Shown piece by piece: positions 29,238 through 41,076 of a stretch of DNA of 64,000 nt. The position numbers were made by a program, and so were the translations under genes. Position 1 is the stretch's first letter. Every line of letters starts with the position of its first letter. The stretch is from Phycisphaerales bacterium (lineage in GTDB: Bacteria > Planctomycetota > Phycisphaerae > Phycisphaerales > UBA1924): positions 704,001 to 768,000 of the forward strand of contig OZ245777.1 of the NCBI GenBank assembly GCA_965227775.1, written 5' to 3'. The notes under the pieces are model-generated. The model did no database searches and was not told the DNA's origin. It saw only the letters and a list, made by a program, of their open reading frames with translations.

Positions 29238-29807
29238 CTAAGCGTACAGGGCCATGACGTGATCGAGCTTGTCTTGGGCACGCAGGATGGCCCAGATGGC
29301 CTCACGAACCGCCCCGTGCCCGCCCTTGGCCTCGGTTGTCAGCACGCACAGGTCCTTGATGCCCTGATCGGCGTCGCCCACCGCGATGGGGCAGCCCACC
29401 GTGTGCATGGCCCGCAGATCCGACAGGTCGTCGCCCACGAACGCCACCTGATCGATGCTCAGCTTCAGCGACTTGGCCAGTTCGAGCACTGTGGTGCGTT
29501 TGTCGGCCACGCTGTCATAGAGGTGGGCGATGCCAAGGTCTCGCGCGCGGCGGCGCACCGCTCGGGCGGGGCGGGCCGTCACGATGGCGGTGGCGTAGCC
29601 GAGGCGGTGCCACGCGGTGATGCCCTGGCCGTCGTGCACGCAGAAGCGCCGCGTCTCGACGTTGTCCTCATTGAGGTAGAGCCCGCCATCGGTCAGCGTG
29701 CCATCGACGTCGAGGCACAGCAGCCGCACGCCCACGGCCTTCTCGACGAACGCCTTGGGCAGATCGACTGGCTGCTTGTTCGGGTCTTCGGTCCGGGGCT
29801 GGCTCAT
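29238..29807 (-). CDS. kdsC: 3-deoxy-D-manno-octulosonate 8-phosphate phosphatase
   Basis: LDVDGTLTDGGLY, FCVHDGQGI, VGDDLSDL, GGHGAVRE. Confidence 0.92.
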   Translation of the reverse strand: MSQPRTEDPNKQPVDLPKAFVEKAVGVRLLCLDVDGTLTDGGLYLNEDNVETRRFCVHDGQGITAWHRLGYATAIVTARPARAVRRRARDLGIAHLYDSVADKRTTVLELAKSLKLSIDQVAFVGDDLSDLRAMHTVGCPIAVGDADQGIKDLCVLTTEAKGGHGAVREAIWAILRAQDKLDHVMALYA

Positions 29808-29939
29808 GCGAGGGGGTCGGTCCTTGATCGGGCGCGGGGCGGCTTTGGGCGTATGGTTACCGCCCGAGGCCAACGGTATGGTTGGCCGGCGGGCGGCAGG
29901 GCCTACGCGGGCCGGGAATTCGCGCGTTGGAGGGTCGAG

Positions 29940-31196
29940 ATGTCGTGGGTAAAGCTGGCCGAACGCGTCGATAGCCTCGAAGGATCAGCGACCGTGGCGG
30001 TGGCCACCCGGGCCAAGGCGCTCAAGGCCCAGGGCAAGGACATCGTCAGCTTCGGAGCGGGCGAGCCCGACTTCGACACGCCGGAGGTCATCAAACAGGC
30101 CGCCATCGAGGCGCTCAAGGCCGGCAAGACCAAGTACGAGGCCGCCGCCGGTCCCGAGCCCGCGCGACAGTCGATCGCGAAGAAGCTGCAGGCCGACAAC
30201 GGGCTCGACGTCGACGCGAAGGGCGTCGTCATCGTGTCTGGCGCCAAGGCCGCGTTCTTCCAGGCGTGCTTCGCGCTGCTGGGAGACATGGCGCCCGACG
30301 GCCAGCCCTGGGAGGTCATCGTCCCCACGCCCGCATGGGTGAGCTACGAGCCCATCGTCAAGATGTGCGGCGGCACCGTCGTCGAGGTTGACTTGAAGCC
30401 CGAGGACGGCTTCGTGCTCAGGCCCGAGGCGCTCCGCAAGGCCATCACGGCGCGCACGAGAATGGTGATCGTCAACACGCCGAGCAATCCGTGCGGCGCG
30501 GTCTACTCGCGCGACGCCCTCACCGAGCTGGCCGAAGTGATGGGCGACGCGGTTCGCGCGATCGCCCCCAATCTGGTTGTCGTCACCGATGAGATCTACG
30601 AGAAGCTCGTGTTCGATGGGCTCGAGCACGTGTCGATCGGTGCGATGTCGCCCGTCAAGGATCGCACGCTCACCATCAACGCGCTGAGCAAGAGCTACGC
30701 GATGACCGGCTGGCGTGTCGGCTACGCGGCGGCCACCGGGGATCTCGCCGCCGAGCTCATTCCGGCGATGGCGCGCATTCAGGCACAGACCATCACCAAC
30801 ATCACGTCGTTCCTGTATCCGGCGATCTCGACGGCCTTCGACGAATCAGCCGCCGACATCGAGCGGTTCCGCAGCACCTTCGAGGCGCGCCGAAACCTGG
30901 TGATGGACCTGCTCGGGAATGTCGAGGGCGTGGAGACTGCCCGGCCGCACGGCGCGATGTATGCCTTCCCCCGCGTCGCTGGGCACTACGGCAAGTCAAG
31001 CGCAAGTGGAGCCAAGGTGGCTGACTCCCTGAGCTTCTGCGAGGCTTTGCTGGAAGAGCAAGGCGTGGCGATGGTGCCCGGCGGCGCCTTCGGCGGGCGC
31101 GGCGACGAGCACGTGCGCATCAGCTACGCGTGCTCGGAGGACGACATCCGCAAGGGCATCGAGCGGCTCGGCACGTTCGTGCAAGGCATGCGCTAG
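29940..31196 (+). CDS. aspC: PLP-dependent aminotransferase class I (aspartate aminotransferase-like)
   Basis: FGAGEPDFDTP, NTPSNPCG, DEIYEKL, SKSYAMTGWRVGY, VPGGAFG, RISYA. GGAGG SD. Confidence 0.9.
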   Translation: MSWVKLAERVDSLEGSATVAVATRAKALKAQGKDIVSFGAGEPDFDTPEVIKQAAIEALKAGKTKYEAAAGPEPARQSIAKKLQADNGLDVDAKGVVIVSGAKAAFFQACFALLGDMAPDGQPWEVIVPTPAWVSYEPIVKMCGGTVVEVDLKPEDGFVLRPEALRKAITARTRMVIVNTPSNPCGAVYSRDALTELAEVMGDAVRAIAPNLVVVTDEIYEKLVFDGLEHVSIGAMSPVKDRTLTINALSKSYAMTGWRVGYAAATGDLAAELIPAMARIQAQTITNITSFLYPAISTAFDESAADIERFRSTFEARRNLVMDLLGNVEGVETARPHGAMYAFPRVAGHYGKSSASGAKVADSLSFCEALLEEQGVAMVPGGAFGGRGDEHVRISYACSEDDIRKGIERLGTFVQGMR

Positions 31197-32098
31197 CGCG
31201 AGATCTCTACGGCGATCTGGGCCGCCAGGTCCGCATTTGCGCGCACCAAGGCAAGGTTGGCCGCGAGCGTCTTTCCGCCGGAGATGCGGTGCAGCGTGTC
31301 GAGCATGGCGGGCGTGGCCGCGCGGCCCTGGACGGCTGGCGTCGCGGCCTGCGCTTCTTCGAGCCAGTGGTGCCACACGTGTGGCTCGATGGCGTGGTCG
31401 GCGGGCACAGGCTGCACAACGAGCGCCCCGCGGCCGGTGGACGCCAGGTGTTGGCGTACGAACCCGGCGATGTCGACCGGATCATCGAAGGTGGCGTCGA
31501 CGCCCGACTCGCTGTCGGTGAGGTAGAACGCGGGGAACGTCTCAGTCCTGTAGCCAATGACCGGAACGGCGAGAGTCTCGAGCAACTCGCGCGTGGACAC
31601 AACGTCGAGGATGGCCTTCACGCCGCTGGAGACGACCGCCACCGGGTGCTGCACGAGCGAGGTAAGGTCGGCGCTGATATCCAGCCGCTGATCCATGTTG
31701 GCGTGCACGCCGCCGAGTCCGCCGGTGGCCATGACGCGGATGCCTGCACTCGCCGCGATCGCGACGGTGGCGCTGACGGTCGTCGCGGCGGTCGCGCGTT
31801 GGTAGATCAGCGGGCCGAGGTTCGCGGTGTTGGCCTTCTCGATCTTGGGGCGGCCAAGGAACTTGCCGAGTTCGCCTTCGGTCATCCCGACGATCGGCAC
31901 GCCGTCGAGCACGCCGATGGTTGCCGGCCGGGCTTGGTGCGAGCGCACGATGGCGTCGAGTTCCCTGGCCAGCGGCAGGCCCTCGCCGGCGGGCAGGCCG
32001 TGGGCGAGCAGGGTTGTCTCGAGCGCAACGACCGCACGCCCGGCAACGCGACGCACGGGATGTGTGCGAGGCGTCGGGGCGTGCTGGTGGTCCGGCAT
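31193..32098 (-). CDS. psuG: Pseudouridine-5'-phosphate glycosidase
   Basis: VVALETTLLAHGLP, ATTVSAT, ATGGLGGVH, DISADL, GVKAILD, PAFY, ANLALVRANA. Confidence 0.92.
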   Translation of the reverse strand: MPDHQHAPTPRTHPVRRVAGRAVVALETTLLAHGLPAGEGLPLARELDAIVRSHQARPATIGVLDGVPIVGMTEGELGKFLGRPKIEKANTANLGPLIYQRATAATTVSATVAIAASAGIRVMATGGLGGVHANMDQRLDISADLTSLVQHPVAVVSSGVKAILDVVSTRELLETLAVPVIGYRTETFPAFYLTDSESGVDATFDDPVDIAGFVRQHLASTGRGALVVQPVPADHAIEPHVWHHWLEEAQAATPAVQGRAATPAMLDTLHRISGGKTLAANLALVRANADLAAQIAVEISR

Positions 32099-32128
32099 GG
32101 CCGGAGCGTATGCGTTCGAAGGCTGGTG

Positions 32129-32596
32129 TTAGGCGACCATGTCCTTCAGGCCCTTGAGCGGGCGGACCTTGACGACGTTGCGGGCGGGCTTGGCCTTGAA
32201 GATGGTGGGCTCGCCGGTAAAGGGGTTGATGCCCTTGCGCGCCTTGGTGGCAGGCTTGCGCTGGACGGTGACCTTCATCATGCCGGGCACGTTGAACACG
32301 CCCACGTTGCCCTTCTTCAGGTCGGCGGCGATCATGGCGCCCATCGTCTCGAAGACGGCGGCGACTTCCTTCTTGGAGATGCCGGCGTGCTCGGCGATGA
32401 TCGTCTGGATCTCGCTCTTGGTGCGGGGCTTGCCCTTGGTGCCGGTGATACGGGGGGCTGCGGGCTTGGCGGCGGTCGACCGGCGGGTCGAGGTCTTGCG
32501 GGCCGGCGCCTTGCGGCTGCGAGCGGTCGTCTTGGTGCGACGGACGGTTTTCTTGGTGGTCTTCTTGCGGGAACGAGTCGTGGTCTTCTTGGCCAT
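32129..32596 (-). CDS. HU-family DNA-binding protein with basic N-terminal tail
   Basis: Core TKSEI...GISKKEV...KPATKARKGINPFTGE...KAKPARNVVKVRPLKGLKD, preceded by about 55 Lys/Arg/Thr-rich residues. Confidence 0.92.
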   Translation of the reverse strand: MAKKTTTRSRKKTTKKTVRRTKTTARSRKAPARKTSTRRSTAAKPAAPRITGTKGKPRTKSEIQTIIAEHAGISKKEVAAVFETMGAMIAADLKKGNVGVFNVPGMMKVTVQRKPATKARKGINPFTGEPTIFKAKPARNVVKVRPLKGLKDMVA

Positions 32597-32853
32597 TGTT
32601 GCACTCCGTGCGAGGGGTCCGGCGTTCGTGCCGGGCGGCTTGCCCATACTCCAGGCAAGGAATCTTTACGCATCCGCTCGCCGTCAGTTGTTCGGCTTGA
32701 CGGGCGTTGAGCCTAAAAAAACAGTGGTTTTTGGGTCGCTTTTCTCGTAAAGCGGCTCCAGACCCTGCAAAAACAGGGGTTTGCGGGCCCCCAGGGGCGT
32801 CTTTCGGCCGAGCGCGGCGCCTTCGAGCAAAGAAGTCTGAATACGATCGCCGC

Positions 32854-33840
32854 GTGAAAAACAGTGCACAATCTGGTTCGAAGGGCGCCGACGTGCTGGT
32901 CTCGCGGGCGATTCCGGGTGATTTCGACACCGCCGGCGCCAGTGTGCGCGTGCTCGGCGAGGCGCTGCCGACTCGCGAGGACTTGCTCGCCGCGCTGCCT
33001 GGCACACGCGTGCTGGTCTCGATGTTCACCGACAGGGTGGACGCCGAACTGCTCGCGGCGGCCGAGGGCTCGTTGCAGGGCGTGTGCCAGTATGCGGTGG
33101 GAACCGACAACATCGACTTCGAGGCGTGCAAGGACGCGGGCGTCTTGCTCACCAATACGCCCGACGCGGTAACCGAGGGCACGGCAGACTTGGCGTGGGC
33201 CCTGCTGCTGGCGGTGGCACGGCGGGTGGTCGAGGCCGACGCCTACGCCCGCAGCGAGGCGTACCCCGGCAACGGTCCGCTGGGCATGAGCGACTTCCTC
33301 GGGGCCGACCTCACTGGCCGGACGCTGCTCATCGTGGGGGCCGGACGCATCGGCCGGGCGGTGGCGCTGCGGAGCATCGGCTGGGGCATGCGCGTGCTGT
33401 ACGTCGCGCGGAGCCGGCACTGGGACTTCGAGCTTGCGCCGCTGGCGGCCGAGCGGGTGGAACTGGACGAGGGGATCTCCCGGGCCGACGTTGTGAGCCT
33501 GCACACGCCGCTGACCGATCAGACGCGGCACCTGATCGATGCGAGGCGGCTTGGGCTGATGAAGCGCAACGCCATCCTCATCAACACGGCCCGTGGGCCG
33601 GTGGTGGACGAGGCGGCGCTCGCCGAGGCATTGGCGTCGGGCTCGATCTGGGGCGCGGGGCTGGACGTATACGAACGCGAGCCGCAGGTTCACCCAGAGC
33701 TGATCAACGCGAAGAACGCCGTGCTGACACCGCACATCGGAAGCGGCGAGCGCCGGTATCGCGAGATGATGACGGCGATGGTGGCTGAGAACGTTCGAGC
33801 GATTCTGGCGGGCGACGAGCCGCCGAATCGGGTGGGCTGA
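32854..33840 (+). CDS. D-2-hydroxyacid dehydrogenase (glyoxylate/hydroxypyruvate reductase-like)
   Basis: AVGTDNID, TNTPDAVTEGTAD, GAGRIG, LHTPLT, INTARGPVVDE, AGLDVYE, TPHIGS. Confidence 0.9.
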   Translation: MKNSAQSGSKGADVLVSRAIPGDFDTAGASVRVLGEALPTREDLLAALPGTRVLVSMFTDRVDAELLAAAEGSLQGVCQYAVGTDNIDFEACKDAGVLLTNTPDAVTEGTADLAWALLLAVARRVVEADAYARSEAYPGNGPLGMSDFLGADLTGRTLLIVGAGRIGRAVALRSIGWGMRVLYVARSRHWDFELAPLAAERVELDEGISRADVVSLHTPLTDQTRHLIDARRLGLMKRNAILINTARGPVVDEAALAEALASGSIWGAGLDVYEREPQVHPELINAKNAVLTPHIGSGERRYREMMTAMVAENVRAILAGDEPPNRVG

Positions 33841-33846
33841 GCCGGC

Positions 33847-34221
33847 TCAGCGTTGCTTGGCGAAGTGCAGGTCGAGGTACCGCGCGACGTAGTCCACCAG
33901 GCTGGTTGCCTCGGGGATCTCGGGGTTGCTCGTGTGGCCCATGGGCTCGAAGCGCATGCCCTTGAAGCGGGTCACTGCTTCTTCGACCGGCAATCCATAC
34001 TGCAACGCGAGGCTGAGGGCCCGGCAGTAGGCCTGGACCATGCCCTTGATGGTCGAGCCTTCCTTGGCCATCTTGATGAAGACCTCGCCGGGCGAGCCGT
34101 CGTCGTAGAGCCCGATGGTGAGGTAGCCCTCGTGGCCGCCCACCGAGAACTTGTGCGTGATGGCGTTGCGCGTGTTCGGCAGCATCCGGCGGTCGTGGGT
34201 CTCGGTCATGGTCGACTGCAT
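33847..34221 (-). CDS. Stand-alone TSCPD / class II ribonucleotide reductase C-terminal (NrdJb-like) domain
   Basis: ITHKFSVGGHEGYLTIGLYDDGSPGEVFIKMAKEGST...SLALQYG...RFEPMG...ATSLVDY. GGAGG SD. Confidence 0.85.
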   Translation of the reverse strand: MQSTMTETHDRRMLPNTRNAITHKFSVGGHEGYLTIGLYDDGSPGEVFIKMAKEGSTIKGMVQAYCRALSLALQYGLPVEEAVTRFKGMRFEPMGHTSNPEIPEATSLVDYVARYLDLHFAKQR

Positions 34222-34306
34222 GGTTGGGGGCCTCCGGTGCCGCGGGCAGGGTCCGAAGGATATCGGTCGGTATGGCCGGGCTCCTGTGATGAACGGCCGG
34301 GGAAGA

Positions 34307-34335
34307 TTGCTTGTGGGCCTCGGCGGGCCGATACT
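34307..34335 (+). promoter_or_regulatory. Putative sigma-70 promoter for uORF-secA (TTGCTT-N17-GATACT)
   Basis: Motif and spacing read directly from the sequence. Confidence 0.4.
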
Positions 34336-34422
34336 TAGGCTAACGGCTGTCGCTTCTGGGCTGGGCGTTCTTGGAATGCCCGAGGGCCTTGGGGAGATGG
34401 CCGGGACGGTGACGACTCGATC

Positions 34423-34773
34423 ATGACGCAGAGCACGAACACAATGCGAACGACTGTTGGCGGCCGAGCGGCTTCGCTCGCGGCGTTCGCGGCGTTGCTT
34501 GTTGTGATCGCCTCCGCCGACGCCGCGATGCGTGTCGCACCGCAGGGCCTGCGGATCACGACCGATGGCCGGCCGGCACGCACCAGCCTGATCGGGCTTG
34601 GCCGGATGGTCGAGGGCCTGCTCGCGTGCGCGACCGTGACCGACGCGGGCAGCCGCGTGTCGCTCGTCGTGGCGGTCTCTGGCGACCCCGAGCTCGCCCA
34701 GGTAACCGGGCCGCTGACCGCGGTGTTCGGGCGTCACGCGCTGATCGACCTGCCGCCGCCTTCGCTGACCTAA
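34423..34773 (+). CDS. secA upstream ORF, candidate SecM-like arrest peptide (C-terminal LPPP)
   Basis: Hydrophobic signal-like segment SLAAFAALLVVIASADA, C-terminus ALIDLPPPSLT, co-oriented 162 nt before secA. Confidence 0.7.
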   Translation: MTQSTNTMRTTVGGRAASLAAFAALLVVIASADAAMRVAPQGLRITTDGRPARTSLIGLGRMVEGLLACATVTDAGSRVSLVVAVSGDPELAQVTGPLTAVFGRHALIDLPPPSLT

Positions 34774-34792
34774 AGGTCCCACGCCGGCGCGG

Positions 34793-34838
34793 GCGTTCTC
34801 GGGCGGCCCACGCTGTGGCATCTCTCGCCCGAGAACGC
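34793..34838 (+). promoter_or_regulatory. Perfect 13-bp stem-loop between the uORF and secA
   Basis: GCGTTCTCGGGCG (34793-34805) pairs with CGCCCGAGAACGC (34826-34838). Confidence 0.6.
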
Positions 34839-34935
34839 TTCCAGAAACACTGAAACCCTTCGGGGCGCTGCGGCGTGCGGTCTCGTGCATCGAGACGCGG
34901 CACGGCCGAGGGCGCGCCATCGCGAGGCATTGCAC

Positions 34936-39018
<4,083 letters not shown>

Positions 39019-39216
39019 CGAGCCGCAGCCAAGCGGTATAGATTTGTTCGGAAAGCCGAACCCATGAGCCGCCGCCTGCGGATGGGCTGTGGGCTCGGCC
39101 ACCCTCCCCACAAAGCCACCGGAATGGCCGGTGGCAGTACCATGGGATGTGCCGGGGCGGGTGATGGGCCCGTTGGCCCCGGCAGGCCGGCAATGCGAAC
39201 GCGGGAGGGGTCATCG

Positions 39217-39963
39217 ATGGTTTCAAGGAGAACGCACGCAGCGAGCGAGGGGCGCGGCTTCACGCTCATCGAACTGCTGATCGTGATATTGATCATCTCG
39301 GTGCTGATCGCGCTCGGCCTGGCGGTTGGCTCGCGCGTGATCGGCGGCGGCAAGGCCGGCCAGACGCGCGACCTGCTCAAGACGCTGGACAACGCGCTGA
39401 ACAGCTACGTGCAGGCGACGGACCGATCGGTGCCGGCATCGATCATCGATCCGCGTCAGGACGAGGGCGCCCCGACCGGCACCATCATCTACTTCCCGTT
39501 GGCCGATGCCGTGGACGATTCGACGGGCGAGCGCATCAACAGCGTCGGCCTGTTCATCGTCGAGGCCCGACGCGTTGCGGGCGTCGCGAACCTGCTGGAC
39601 GGATTGGATGCGAGGAACTTCCAGGAGTTTGCCTACACCGCCAGCCCCGACCCGATGCCCGGCGACAACGAGCCCCTGCTGCCCACCGTGCTCGACGCGT
39701 GGGGCAACCCGATCCGGTTTGTGCACCCGGCATTCCATGGCGTGCGCCGATCCGGCGAGGCCGTCGACGACATCCTGGGCCCGGCACCCAGCCCCGCAAC
39801 GGCGTACTTCCCGTCGGACATCCGCCGCGACCCGGCCATGGGCGATGCCGATGGCGGGCTGACGACCAACAGCCAGCCGTACTTCTACTCGGCCGGCCCG
39901 GATGGCGATCCCTCGACGGTCGAGGACAACGTCTACCTCGTGCAGCCCAAGATCCAGAACTGA
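39217..39963 (+). CDS. Prepilin-type N-terminal cleavage/methylation (GspG-like) protein
   Basis: RGFTLIELLIVILII, LDAWGNPI, YSAGPDG. Confidence 0.85.
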   Translation: MVSRRTHAASEGRGFTLIELLIVILIISVLIALGLAVGSRVIGGGKAGQTRDLLKTLDNALNSYVQATDRSVPASIIDPRQDEGAPTGTIIYFPLADAVDDSTGERINSVGLFIVEARRVAGVANLLDGLDARNFQEFAYTASPDPMPGDNEPLLPTVLDAWGNPIRFVHPAFHGVRRSGEAVDDILGPAPSPATAYFPSDIRRDPAMGDADGGLTTNSQPYFYSAGPDGDPSTVEDNVYLVQPKIQN

Positions 39964-40041
39964 ACCAGAACCGATCGGACCATCGGTCGCGGATGGCCGC
40001 GGTCGCCCCGCAGCGGGCGGCGGCGTACCATCACGACCTTC

Positions 40042-40115
40042 CGGGGTGTAGCGCAGCTTGGTAGCGCGTCTCGTTCGGGACGAGAAGGTCGGAGGTTCAA
40101 ATCCTCTCACCCCGA
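40042..40115 (+). tRNA. tRNA-Pro (anticodon CGG)
   Basis: Acceptor CGGGGTG/CACCCCG, anticodon arm TCTCG-TTCGGGA-CGAGA, T-loop GGTTCAAATCC. CCA not encoded. Confidence 0.97.
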
Positions 40116-40123
40116 TTCGTTTG

Positions 40124-40154
40124 CTCCAGGGCTTGGCCCTGGAGTTTTCGTTTT
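40124..40154 (+). terminator. Intrinsic terminator after tRNA-Pro
   Basis: CTCCAGGGC-ttg-GCCCTGGAG followed by TTTTCGTTTT. Confidence 0.8.
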
Positions 40155-40198
40155 CTGGGGCGCAGCTATTGTCCGCCCCCTTCGGCTTCGGGGGAATC

Positions 40199-41014
40199 AT
40201 GAATCCGAACAAGGTACTCTGGGAGAAGGGCGACTTTACCAAGATCGCCGAGTTCATGCGCGAGTCTGGTGAATCACTCGTCGACTCGCTCGGCGTGCGA
40301 TCGACCGACAACGTCCTCGACCTGGGCTGCGGTGATGGCACCACCGCCCTGCCGCTGGCAAAGCGTGCTGCGCAGGTCAAGGGCGTGGACATCGCGACGA
40401 ATCTCGTTGCCGCCGGACGCGAGCGCGCACGCGCGAGCGGACTCGAGAACCTGACTTTCGACGAAGGCGATGCGTGCAGGCTCGACGGCCTTGGCGACGA
40501 CTCCTTCGACCTATCGCTCACGGTCTTCGGCGCGATGTTCGCACCCGACCCGGATGCCGTCGCCGCCAACCTCGTGCGCGTGACCAAGCCGGGCGGGCGC
40601 ATCGTCATGGGCAACTGGATCCCCAACGACCCGACCTCGTTCATCTCGAAGCTCCTGAAGATCAGCATGGCGTACGCACCACCTCCGCCGGCTGGGTTCA
40701 TAAGCCCGATGACGTGGGGCGTGGAAGCCAACATTGCCGATCGCTTTGGCAAGGCCGGTGTGGCGGCAGATGGCATCGCCATGGAACGCGACACGTTCTA
40801 CTTCAAGTCGCAGGATGAGTCTCCCGAGCAGTTCATCGAGCGCTTCCGAGACTTCTATGGACCGACCATGAACGCCTATGCCGCGGCTGAGAAGGACGGC
40901 AAGGCCGATGCGCTGCACACCGAGCTGGTGGAGCTTGCCAACAACGAGAACGCCGCCAATGGAGCTGGCACCTCGATTCCCGCTTCCTTTATGCGGGTGA
41001 CTGTTCGGGTCTGA
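40199..41014 (+). CDS. Class I SAM-dependent methyltransferase
   Basis: VLDLGCGDG, GVDIA, EGDA, FGAMFAP, RVTKPGG. Confidence 0.9.
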   Translation: MNPNKVLWEKGDFTKIAEFMRESGESLVDSLGVRSTDNVLDLGCGDGTTALPLAKRAAQVKGVDIATNLVAAGRERARASGLENLTFDEGDACRLDGLGDDSFDLSLTVFGAMFAPDPDAVAANLVRVTKPGGRIVMGNWIPNDPTSFISKLLKISMAYAPPPPAGFISPMTWGVEANIADRFGKAGVAADGIAMERDTFYFKSQDESPEQFIERFRDFYGPTMNAYAAAEKDGKADALHTELVELANNENAANGAGTSIPASFMRVTVRV

Positions 41015-41076
41015 GCCTCGCCCAAGCAGGCTTTGCGTTCGTACCGGCTTCGGCGGCCTGGCTTATCCTGTCCATC

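Noticed and set aside
28953..29939. Apparent N-terminal fusion on the aminotransferase (747-aa ORF)
   Set aside because: The extension is antisense to kdsC. The real start is ATG 29940 behind GGAGG.
39105..39140. c-di-GMP-I riboswitch-like CAAAGCCACCGG segment
   Set aside because: The required upstream GGCAAA...GAAA-tetraloop P2 element is not present in register.
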